From Candidatus Methylomirabilis oxygeniifera (lineage in GTDB: Bacteria; Methylomirabilota; Methylomirabilia; Methylomirabilales; Methylomirabilaceae), in NCBI GenBank assembly GCA_000091165.1, contig FP565575.1:1110001-1142000 (forward strand): a stretch of DNA of 32,000 bases, given 5' to 3'. The notes beneath the pieces were generated by a model, which saw nothing but the letters and a program-made list of their open reading frames with translations, ran no database searches and was not told the DNA's origin. Below are positions 1 to 7,849 of this stretch, piece by piece. The stretch's first letter is position 1. The number at the start of each line of letters is the position of its first letter. The translations under genes were made by a program, and so were the position numbers.

Positions 1-113
1 TTTTCAATGAAGTGCTGTTCGCTTTGATCCAACCTACAACCAACATGTCTCAGCCCCAATATGGGCTTTCCCCGACCACCTCCCTTCTGAGGCAAGAACA
101 CCCCGCATCAAAC

Positions 114-142
114 CTCCGTGGGTGGCCTCGCCACCCACGGAG
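114..142 (-). terminator. GC-rich hairpin downstream of the calpain-like gene (possible terminator)
   Basis: CTCCGTGGGTGG-cctcg-CCACCCACGGAG forms a perfect 12-bp stem about 30 nt past the stop at 174. The U-tract on the minus strand is weak. Confidence 0.35.
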
Positions 143-173
143 TCTTCGTATTCTCATCAATACTCCGGGATGT

Positions 174-1346
174 TCAGCTCGCCCAGCCGAACTGCCAGTA
201 GTATTTTTTGAAGGTGTCCACAGGAATCGCAAACACGCCGCCGGAATTCAACGGAACGCTTCGCCAGAAGCTCTGATCGTACGCCGACCAGTTACCTGCG
301 AGACTGTTGATAACAGGGCCGTTGTGTCCCCAGGGATTGCGGAGTACGATGTACCTGATGTTGTTCACGAACGCCCAACCGAGGATCGTGTATGCATGGT
401 AACCAACGATGCCCGTGCCGGTGTAGTCCACCGGCGCAGGAGTGACACAAAAGGTCCAGGCAGTCATCGGGTTTATCGTACGATACGAGAGGCAGTTGGA
501 GCGCACGCTGCTCCAGACTTGGTCGGCTGTAAGGGCGGAGCATGTCTTCGTGACGCCGGCTAAGTTCGTCAACTCCGTGGTCGCCTGAACTGGCCAACCT
601 CCTGAGATCGGCCCATAGTTTGGCTCGTCAGTGGTATCGTTGGTCTTCCACTTGGCGAAGGCCTTCTCGTACACAGCCGGCCAAATCTCGCCTGCTTCTG
701 CGGAACGTGCGTATATCCACGCATGGGTGCCCTTCACGAGCGGTACGCGCTCGGTCACCTCCATTGACTTCGTTCCGTTGGAATAGAAGTCGATACGATC
801 GAGGAAGTCTTGTTGGTTGGTGCCGGTAGCGCGTTGGCGCAAGGCGATCACATACGGTCGCGACCACGCCACCGCGGAGAGCGCGGCGATGAAGTAACAG
901 TCGCCAAGTCCGCCCTGAACGGGATCGAGAAACTCAGCGCCCTCCTCGAAGTAATCCCCGGGATCGGCCCACTCGGATCCGGGAGGAGTATACTGGGGTC
1001 CCTCACCTTTCTCCGCGCCTGCCAGCGCTGCGATTATACGCGCCTGCGCCTCCGGAGAGAGTTTCGCAAGCATCGTTTCTACCGGACCAGCCTTGGCGTG
1101 CGATCGGAACGCTACGTTTCTATCGGCCTTCCTCTCGTGGATGTCAGCGAGGACCTTGTGAGAGTCCGCTGCGCCACTGAGCATCAGGTTGCCTGCCACT
1201 GGTGCACACAGCTTGTCGATCGACACGCCGAGTGTCTTCTCGACAAAAGCCTCATGATCTGTAATCGACTTCCAATTCACCCTGCGACCAACTGCCAGTT
1301 CCGCCAGGGCGTACGGATTTGCCAGACCAACTCTCGACTCGTTCAT
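174..1346 (-). CDS. Calpain-like cysteine protease (peptidase family C2, clan CA), no signal peptide
   Basis: 390-aa ORF. All three calpain triad motifs are present: GGLGDCYFIAALSAV (Cys), GIVGYHAYTILG (His) and IVLRNPWG (Asn). AAGGAG Shine-Dalgarno lies 7 nt upstream of the ATG at 1346. Confidence 0.85.
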   Translation of the reverse strand: MNESRVGLANPYALAELAVGRRVNWKSITDHEAFVEKTLGVSIDKLCAPVAGNLMLSGAADSHKVLADIHERKADRNVAFRSHAKAGPVETMLAKLSPEAQARIIAALAGAEKGEGPQYTPPGSEWADPGDYFEEGAEFLDPVQGGLGDCYFIAALSAVAWSRPYVIALRQRATGTNQQDFLDRIDFYSNGTKSMEVTERVPLVKGTHAWIYARSAEAGEIWPAVYEKAFAKWKTNDTTDEPNYGPISGGWPVQATTELTNLAGVTKTCSALTADQVWSSVRSNCLSYRTINPMTAWTFCVTPAPVDYTGTGIVGYHAYTILGWAFVNNIRYIVLRNPWGHNGPVINSLAGNWSAYDQSFWRSVPLNSGGVFAIPVDTFKKYYWQFGWAS

Positions 1347-1469
1347 TTGTCTACTCCTTTTATACGTTCTTGTTTCGATACACTCTTGCTTGCGTACTTC
1401 TCTTCACTGCGATTAATCATTTCAATTACGTCCCTCTGCACCTCCTTTCTGTCTGCCGCCCAACTGCAA

Positions 1470-1601
1470 TTAGACAGACCGGCTTAATCTGTTTAAGGCC
1501 GGCGGGCTCGCCGTTTTTATCTCGCAAAGACTTGCTCTACCCGAAAACTCTATCGCCACGGCGCTGCGGGGGTTTTTCGGCAATGTGGCCACCTTCTCCA
1601 T
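1470..1601 (-). CDS. Candidate 43-aa upstream ORF in the long leader of the calpain-like gene
   Basis: A 12-nt perfect anti-SD complement (AAAGGAGGTGAT) lies 8 nt upstream of the ATG at 1601. Peptide is MEKVATLPKNPRSAVAIEFSGRASLCEIKTASPPALNRLSRSV. No recognisable family. Confidence 0.25.
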   Translation of the reverse strand: MEKVATLPKNPRSAVAIEFSGRASLCEIKTASPPALNRLSRSV

Positions 1602-1675
1602 CTTCATCACCTCCTTTGATCGAGATAAGGTCAAGTTTTCCTTCCGGCCTGCCTCTCCCAACAACTGTCCTTCGT

Positions 1676-1692
1676 AACAAGCGGCATGCCAA
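1676..1692 (-). promoter_or_regulatory. Sigma54-type (-24/-12) promoter, copy 1, upstream of the calpain-like gene
   Basis: Minus strand reads TTGGCATGCCGCTTGTT. GG is at -24 with correct spacing to a -12 TTGT (GT instead of the canonical GC). This is one of four near-identical copies in the window. Confidence 0.6.
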
Positions 1693-1798
1693 CACCAAAC
1701 GCTCACAACATATCTCTCTAACTCTGCGTATTGATTGACTATATGGTGAGGTCGGGTCGAAAGCAGAAGAGGATCAGATGTCCGAGGTCAGTTTCAAA

Positions 1799-1835
1799 TG
1801 AAATGGGCTGTTTCAGTCGGTTTCACGCTGAAACA
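1799..1835 (-). promoter_or_regulatory. Upstream activator sequence (putative enhancer-binding-protein site), copy 1
   Basis: Plus strand reads TGAAATGGGCTGTTTCAGTCGGTTTCACGCTGAAACA, containing four TGAAAC/GTTTCA half-sites. It lies 106 nt upstream of promoter copy 1. Confidence 0.6.
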
Positions 1836-2170
1836 TTAATGGCCCGTAACGGTCGCCAGCAGATCTGTGAGGGGTCTATCCGCAGGAAGAGAGGCAAAAG
1901 CACTATTGGATCACCGCGCGGCTTTCCACCGATGGCGGACCCCAAGTAGTTCAGTTTCGATCTGCCTGACGGTGGTCATGTCCAGGAAGGTAGGTTGGAG
2001 TGAATTCAGTTCATTTTGTAGCTTACGGCGAATAGTAGATCGCAGTCGGTTGCGCGTAGCGGCGTAGGGTAGGTCGATGACGGGTCAGATGCCCTAATCA
2101 CGCAGGGTAGCAGCAAAGGTCAGGTTGTCTGAGATGCTGCATCATCTTAGCTCGCGCCGATCAAGATCTT

Positions 2171-3310
2171 TTAAGATTCGATTCTCACAACTCCATATCG
2201 CCCTGCTCTGAAGATCCATGACGCAGGAGTTAATACGACTTTCGTCTTTAGGGACGCGTGCCATTGTCCGGCTCCGTTAGTGATCAACGGGACCAGTAGC
2301 CCGTACACGACGATATGAGAGAATACTCCCTCCCAAAGGACCACACTGAAAAACGCAAACGCAACGAAGAGCCCGACTGCTACAGGTCGAATCATGATCC
2401 CAGCAAGGATGACGGCTCCTGCGAGTGTTTCCACTACGGCCACCACGAGGACAAAGGTCTCCGGTGCCATCCCCATGGTAGGGACGTGGTGAAGATCGAG
2501 CACGCCCAGCATGAGGTTGGGTTGCGCGAATTTATATGCGAGCCCAAGATAGAGTATGTCGGCACCAACCAAGAGCCGCATCAGGCACTGTACCCGCTCG
2601 CGGGGCTGGCTTGCGAACCAGGCGCTGAGCGTGGTGGTGCCCGGAAAAGACGGGAGCGGCGCCGCATACGGTCCAGCTCCCTGGAACAACAGGTAGACCG
2701 CGGCCGCGCCAACCAGTCCGATGTAGGCGCACATGGCCTCGCCAAAGAGAAAGAGTCCCAGTAGTCCGAGGCCAAGAAGGGCGACGGCTGCACCCCTCAC
2801 ATAGATACCCAGCAACAAACAGACGGCGATTACGCCTTCGAGGACGGCCACCCAACTCCAGTTGCCAGGGAGCAAGCGCAACTCCAGGTCCGGTGCGCCA
2901 AGCACCGGGCTCTGCATGATCCCAGTGCCCAGTCGCGGCGCCAGCCCCAGGCTTGCCGTCCCCAGCATGATAAAGAGCGCGATGCGCAACGCCACCGGCG
3001 CATAGTCGCCATACGAGATGAGCCGGGCGCGCAGGCGTGAGGCGAGCGTTCGCGATGCGGTATATCGGTAAAGCAGCAAGCAGCCGACCAGACAGAGGGC
3101 CGCCGACAGGTAGATAGACAGGCTGGATGCGTTGAACTGAGTGAAGATTTCCGGCTTGGGTCTCGCGTTCCACTCCACAGCCTGTTCTGGCGTCAAGACC
3201 CAGAGTTCGTGGGCCATGACGCCAGACGCCCAGAGGAGCAGCGAGAGCACGACAATGAGAGACAGGATTAATTGAGCGGGAAAGGTGAGGGTCACGATGG
3301 TTCTCTTCAT
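2171..3310 (-). CDS. Polytopic integral membrane protein of unknown function
   Basis: The ORF is trimmed to the ATG at 3310 (MKRTIVTL...), preceded by AAAGGAGG. It has an N-terminal hydrophobic signal/anchor followed by multiple long hydrophobic segments. No diagnostic catalytic motif recognised. Confidence 0.75.
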   Translation of the reverse strand: MKRTIVTLTFPAQLILSLIVVLSLLLWASGVMAHELWVLTPEQAVEWNARPKPEIFTQFNASSLSIYLSAALCLVGCLLLYRYTASRTLASRLRARLISYGDYAPVALRIALFIMLGTASLGLAPRLGTGIMQSPVLGAPDLELRLLPGNWSWVAVLEGVIAVCLLLGIYVRGAAVALLGLGLLGLFLFGEAMCAYIGLVGAAAVYLLFQGAGPYAAPLPSFPGTTTLSAWFASQPRERVQCLMRLLVGADILYLGLAYKFAQPNLMLGVLDLHHVPTMGMAPETFVLVVAVVETLAGAVILAGIMIRPVAVGLFVAFAFFSVVLWEGVFSHIVVYGLLVPLITNGAGQWHASLKTKVVLTPASWIFRAGRYGVVRIES

Positions 3311-3371
3311 TTTAGGACCTCCTTTAGTTGAACTGTTTAGAAAAATCTTTGCCACGACAAGTATCCTCAAT

Positions 3372-3388
3372 AACAAGCGGCATGCCAA
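3372..3388 (-). promoter_or_regulatory. Sigma54-type promoter, copy 2, upstream of the membrane protein gene
   Basis: Minus strand reads TTGGCATGCCGCTTGTT, identical to copy 1, and lies 62 nt upstream of the ATG at 3310. Confidence 0.6.
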
Positions 3389-3495
3389 AACGGAAATCTC
3401 GCAGCAGGATTCTTTAACTATTTAATTCCAGAGGAGTTAAGGGATAGGCTAGGGCGGCAGAAGGAGGCGGTCGGATGCAAGAGGTGACTGTTACG

Positions 3496-3532
3496 GGAAA
3501 CGGGATATTTCAGTCGGTTTCACTTTGAAACA
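3496..3532 (-). promoter_or_regulatory. Upstream activator sequence, copy 2
   Basis: Plus strand reads GGAAACGGGATATTTCAGTCGGTTTCACTTTGAAACA. It lies 107 nt upstream of promoter copy 2. Confidence 0.6.
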
Positions 3533-3614
3533 AGAGCGAGCGGGGGGCGTCAGCGTCTGATCTGGTAGGCTTCTCGTGATAGGAAGGACAGTCCCACAAA
3601 CAGAAATTGGGATG

Positions 3615-3706
3615 CGTCATTGCGAGCAACCAACGGGAGCGCGGCAATCTCAGCGTCGTTGCCCTGAAGAACTGTGAGATTGCTTCGGCTTCGCCTCGCA
3701 ATGACG
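3615..3706. repeat. Nested palindromic intergenic repeat (GTCATTGCGAG type)
   Basis: CGTCATTGCGAG (3615-3626) pairs with CTCGCAATGACG (3695-3706). An inner GCAATCTCA/TGAGATTGC pair is also present. The element explains the spurious ORF 3510..3725. Confidence 0.6.
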
Positions 3707-3791
3707 TAGGCGGAAGACTTTCCAACCAATAACGGACAGATACGTGGTTACGCGATCAATCTCTTGGGGTAGTAACAGAAGAAGGACGGTC

Positions 3792-5210
3792 TTATTCGTC
3801 TGAATCCACTCGCCGGGCACCCCAGGGAATCTGATAGGCCTTCATTCGGCGCCACAGTGTGGTGCGGCTGATCCCGAGGTCTTTGGCGACTAACGCGAGA
3901 TTACCGTTTCGCGACCGGAGTTGTTCTAGAATATGGTCTTTTTCAACCTGCGTCAGGGTCGGACTCCCCGCTGCGTGGGAAGGATCACCGGGTCTCGGCA
4001 GCCATTCGTCGAGATCGAGCCGCGACCCATTGCTGAGAAGGACCGCTCGCTCTATCAGATTCTGTAGCTCCCTGACGTTACCCGGGAAGTCATAGTCCAG
4101 CAGCCGCTGCATCGCCTCTTGGCTCAGTCCCATGACGGGCTTTTTCAGCTTCTTGCACTGTTTTTCCAAAAAATAGTCGACCAACAGGGGAACATCTTCT
4201 CTTCGTTCCCGTAAGGGAGGAGTTCTGATGGGAAACACACTCAGGCGGTAGTAGAGGTCCGCCCGGAAGGCGCCCTTTTTGACTTCTGATTCCAAGTCTC
4301 TATTGGTCGCCGCAACGATTCGGACATCCACCTGCCTGGATTCGGTCTCCCCGATCCGCCGCATCCTGCCATCCTGAAGCACCTGAAGCAGCTTCACCTG
4401 CATCGTGGGGCTCATTTCGCTGACCTCGTCCAGGAAGAGGGTCCCTCCATCCGCCACCTCGAAGAGCCCTTTCTTGTCCTGCACAGCCCCCGTAAAGGCC
4501 CCGCGTCGATGGCCAAATAGCTCACTTTCCAAAAGGGTCTCCGGGAGCGCGCCGCAGTTTTGCTCGATAAACAGCCTCCCTCGTCTAGGGCCACGATGGT
4601 GGAGGTGGTGGGCGATGACCCCTTTCCCTGTTCCTGTTTCTCCGGTGAGGAGGATCGTGGCGGAGCTGTCGATGACCTTCTCTATGAGATCGAAGAGCCG
4701 CCTCATAGCCGGGCCATGGCCGATGATGGTATCCGAACGGGGATCCTTTTCGACCTCCTGCTTCAGATACAGATTCTCCGTTTGCAGTCGTTCGTTGGCC
4801 GCCTGAAGCTCCTTGAGCAGCCGCTGATTCTCCATGGTCAGCTCATAGCTTTCGAAGGCGCGCTTGACGGTAATTTTCAACTCATTCCGATCCCACGGTT
4901 TAGTGATATATCGATAGATCCTCCCGGCATTGATGGCTCGGATAAGGGACGCGGTGTCGGTGTAACCCGTCAGGATCATCCGGATAGCCTGGGGACGCTT
5001 GGTAATGGATCGCTCCAGAAATTCGACGCCTGTCATCTCCGGCATCCGCTGATCCGCGATGATGAGGGCGATCTCCTGCCGGTCCAGGATCGTCAGTCCT
5101 TCAGCGCCACTGCCGGCCTGAAAGACATCATAGTCCTCCTCGAACGTAAGGGAGAGGGTGGTCAAGATATCGCGTTCGTCATCCACGATCAGCATCCCGT
5201 ATCGGTTCAC
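3792..5210 (-). CDS. Sigma54-dependent response regulator (NtrC family: REC + AAA+ sigma54-interaction domain + Fis-type HTH)
   Basis: REC domain (LIVDDERD...IIADQRMPEMTG), Walker A GETGTGKG, GAFTGA loop (RRGAFTGA) and C-terminal HTH (LALVAKDLGISRTTLWRRM). Start is GTG at 5210, or alternatively ATG at 5195. It begins 1 nt after the kinase stop. Confidence 0.95.
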   Translation of the reverse strand: MNRYGMLIVDDERDILTTLSLTFEEDYDVFQAGSGAEGLTILDRQEIALIIADQRMPEMTGVEFLERSITKRPQAIRMILTGYTDTASLIRAINAGRIYRYITKPWDRNELKITVKRAFESYELTMENQRLLKELQAANERLQTENLYLKQEVEKDPRSDTIIGHGPAMRRLFDLIEKVIDSSATILLTGETGTGKGVIAHHLHHRGPRRGRLFIEQNCGALPETLLESELFGHRRGAFTGAVQDKKGLFEVADGGTLFLDEVSEMSPTMQVKLLQVLQDGRMRRIGETESRQVDVRIVAATNRDLESEVKKGAFRADLYYRLSVFPIRTPPLRERREDVPLLVDYFLEKQCKKLKKPVMGLSQEAMQRLLDYDFPGNVRELQNLIERAVLLSNGSRLDLDEWLPRPGDPSHAAGSPTLTQVEKDHILEQLRSRNGNLALVAKDLGISRTTLWRRMKAYQIPWGARRVDSDE

Positions 5211-5211
5211 T

Positions 5212-7341
5212 TTATACCCCGCTCCACTTTACCGGAAGTTCAATGGTAAACTCCGTTCCCTGGCGATCTGGACTCGATACGCGGATGGTGCCGCCATGTT
5301 TTTGTATAATCCCATAGCTGATGCTGAGGCCCAGGCCCATCCCTTCCCCCACCTTCTTTGTGGTAAAGAAGGGATCAAAGATCTTCGACAGATTCGACTC
5401 AGGAATGCCGTGCCCGTTATCCCTGATGACGATGATGACCGTATCTCCATGGGAAGCCGTTCTGATCCAGACTTCTCCAGTCTCATGAATGGCTTGAGCG
5501 GCGTTGAGCAGCAGATTCATGAACACTTGATTGATCTGGCCAGGATGACATTCCACCTGAGGCAGGACTCCATACTCGCGATGGACAGTGATCCGATCTC
5601 TATACTCCTTTACAAGGAGGTTGAGGGTTATCTCAAGTCCTTCATGTAGATCGGCAGGCGCAGGATCGACATCATCCGCCCTGGCAAAGGTCCCGAGGTC
5701 CATGACAATTCTCTTTACCCGTTCTGTCCCCCGCTTGCAACTGGAAATCAACTCATCCAATGTATGAAGAGTCCGGTCGAGTCTGGCCCCTTTTTTCAGC
5801 TCTGCGAGATGCCGATAGGCGGGACTATCGGGCAGTTCGACCGTCTCATAGGCCTCAAGCACTCCTTTAAGGTTTAGAATATATTCGGCTATGAAATCGA
5901 TGTTACTATGGACGAAGCTGACGGGATTATTCAACTCATGAGCAACCCCCGCTACCAGAAATCCCAAAGAGGCCATCTTCTCCGTTTGGAGAAGCTCATT
6001 CTGGGTCTGGGCCAGCTCCTGGAGGGTCTTCTCCAACTCGTGATGCCCTTTTACCAGCTCTTCGTTTGTCGCAGCAAGTTGGGCGGTCCGCTCCTTGACC
6101 TTTTGGTCCAGCTCCCGGTTCATCGCCTCCAGGGCGAGACGTCGTTCCCGCTGGGCAGAGAAGACCTGAGCGATCAGATACCCGCCGTAGATCAGACCGA
6201 ACTGACCCGTGCCGGCGAAGACAGGAAGCCAAAGATTCCCTTTGACAAATAGCCCATATGCGACTACGAGAAAAAGCGCAGAAAGGCAGAGGAGCGCTCC
6301 GAGGGCCCAGAGCGGCTTGAGACGGAGGGCAATGACACTGCCGATCAGGGCCAAAAGAAAGAGGAGACTATACCGCACCCCTGAGGAGGGTTCGTGTACC
6401 ATCCGATCTGCCAAGAGGTTAGCGACGATCGTTGCATGGATCTCAACCCCGGCGGTGGGACCGCCTACGTGAAAGGAGAACGGAGTAGGGAAGACATCCG
6501 GAGAGGTTCGTTGCGGTTCCGGCGCCGCCTGGATGGCGCGGCCGATCAGGACAATCTTGTCGGAAAAGGTCCCCGGCGGAAGCATCCGATCAGCCTCGAG
6601 GGCCTGGTAGTAAGAGATCGTCTTGACGGTCCTTGGGGGACCAAAATAGTTGATCAGAATCGCCTTCGAGAGATCGGTCCGGATTCCATGCGGCTTCTGT
6701 CGTAGGTAGAACCTGACGATTTGATCGGAGAACGAGGGAAGGACGGAGGAGACGGGAAGGGGTCGTCTCACGGTCCCGTCAGGGTCGATGGGAAGGGTGG
6801 CGATTCCCACTGACGCGGCCGATCTGAAGGGTTCGATGGGATCGACAAGGATCGTCTGACGAAAGAGCGGATCAGCGGTGACGGACTGCTCGCTGGCGAG
6901 GACGACGTTTCCAGCCTCCCGAATGGCCCGTGCCAACGCCCGATCGTCCTCAGGCTGGGAAGGTTCTGCGAAGAGAATATCGAAGGCGATGACCCTGGCC
7001 CCCGCCTTCTTCAGGTGATCGATCAGGCGGGCATGAAGGCTCCGAGGCCAGGGCCACTGCTTCGAGATCTCGGCAAACGACGGCTCATCGATGGCGACAA
7101 CAACGACCTCAGGTGGAGGCGCCATGGCGCCACGGAGCATAAAAAGGAAGTCCAACCCTTTCAGCTCGAATAGGGAAAAGAGGGGGAGATTGGCTAGAAC
7201 GAGCATCACCGCAAAAGTCGGCATCACGATGAGGGCAGCTTGCAGCGCAGGCCACACTCGATCATTGCTGGCCACTAATATCCCCACATGGTCTACTCGA
7301 GTGAATGATGGCGCCCACATCACAGATGTGGGCGCCATCAT
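5212..7341 (-). CDS. CHASE2-domain sensor histidine kinase
   Basis: The N-terminal region is CHASE2-like ([10 protein letters not shown]...[29 protein letters not shown]), followed by TM segments and a coiled coil. Kinase motifs are the H-box [12 protein letters not shown]-box [10 protein letters not shown]1 DNGHGI and G2 GMGLGLSIS. The exact start is uncertain because there is no strong SD. Confidence 0.9.
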   Translation of the reverse strand: MMAPTSVMWAPSFTRVDHVGILVASNDRVWPALQAALIVMPTFAVMLVLANLPLFSLFELKGLDFLFMLRGAMAPPPEVVVVAIDEPSFAEISKQWPWPRSLHARLIDHLKKAGARVIAFDILFAEPSQPEDDRALARAIREAGNVVLASEQSVTADPLFRQTILVDPIEPFRSAASVGIATLPIDPDGTVRRPLPVSSVLPSFSDQIVRFYLRQKPHGIRTDLSKAILINYFGPPRTVKTISYYQALEADRMLPPGTFSDKIVLIGRAIQAAPEPQRTSPDVFPTPFSFHVGGPTAGVEIHATIVANLLADRMVHEPSSGVRYSLLFLLALIGSVIALRLKPLWALGALLCLSALFLVVAYGLFVKGNLWLPVFAGTGQFGLIYGGYLIAQVFSAQRERRLALEAMNRELDQKVKERTAQLAATNEELVKGHHELEKTLQELAQTQNELLQTEKMASLGFLVAGVAHELNNPVSFVHSNIDFIAEYILNLKGVLEAYETVELPDSPAYRHLAELKKGARLDRTLHTLDELISSCKRGTERVKRIVMDLGTFARADDVDPAPADLHEGLEITLNLLVKEYRDRITVHREYGVLPQVECHPGQINQVFMNLLLNAAQAIHETGEVWIRTASHGDTVIIVIRDNGHGIPESNLSKIFDPFFTTKKVGEGMGLGLSISYGIIQKHGGTIRVSSPDRQGTEFTIELPVKWSGV

Positions 7342-7469
7342 GGATGGGCATAAGTCGACATCGTTTGTGGACCATCATCTCACAGGAGGTGCGCAACCTG
7401 ATATATCTTAGCATTAGCGTCTACGTGGCTGTAGAGGGATAGACGAGCCCGAGAGGCCGACGGACGCGC

Positions 7470-7724
7470 CTACGGCTTAGGGAAACAGTACAATTTCCCG
7501 CCTTGAATGAGACAGATAGTAGGATTCGTGGTGGTAACAATGGTGACGCTGGTAATGTTCTCCACCGACTTGCCGTCCAGGTTAGCTCTCATGCCCTTCG
7601 GGATGTTTTCACCTTCCTTCTTTTCATGGTGAGGATGGATTACTCGACCCATCCCCTTACTGACGCCGCCCTCATAAACCTCGGTAATGTTTCCCTGGTT
7701 GTCGAACTCCACTGTGAATGCCAT
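7470..7724 (-). CDS. Small hypothetical protein (84 aa, C-terminal CxxxxxxxxC) between the barrel gene and the kinase gene
   Basis: The ATG at 7724 is preceded by AAGGGAG 8 nt upstream. The track ORF extends to a GTG at 7808, which sits directly on a GGAGG and so has no spacing. The protein has no signal peptide and no recognised family. Confidence 0.55.
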   Translation of the reverse strand: MAFTVEFDNQGNITEVYEGGVSKGMGRVIHPHHEKKEGENIPKGMRANLDGKSVENITSVTIVTTTNPTICLIQGGKLYCFPKP

Positions 7725-7849
7725 CTTTCTGCTCCCTTCTGCGTCCGCTGTGGTTGAATTAATCACCGCTTTTCCGTTTACGTTCCCCTTGGACACCGCG
7801 TACCTCACCTCCTTTCATTGCCGCCCCCGGATGGGCCTCAACATAACAG

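Noticed and set aside
810-1487. 225-aa plus-strand ORF, together with similar long ORFs at 12..563, 2315..2764, 2532..3173, 4560..5249, 10892..11548, 10995..11582, 17445..18182, 20413..21180, 24749..25519, 29251..30018 and 30166..30858
   Set aside because: All lie antisense to, or out of frame within, genes with clear family signatures. Their translations are Arg/Pro/Gly/Ser-rich with no motifs, which is typical of shadow ORFs in GC-rich DNA.
1500-1518. CGGCG-ggct-CGCCG followed by TTTTT on the plus strand, as an intrinsic terminator
   Set aside because: No plus-strand gene lies upstream. The stem is only 5 bp and it lies inside the minus-strand leader/uORF. At most it could stop antisense transcription.
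1731-2067. Small plus-strand ORFs 1731..1949 and 1867..2067 in the intergenic region
   Set aside because: They have no SD, they overlap the UAS element, their translations are basic and low-complexity, and no family is recognisable.
3510-3725. 71-aa minus-strand ORF
   Set aside because: It is encoded almost entirely by the nested palindromic repeat at 3615-3706 (peptide ...AEAISQFF...LLAMT). It has no SD and is a repeat artefact.
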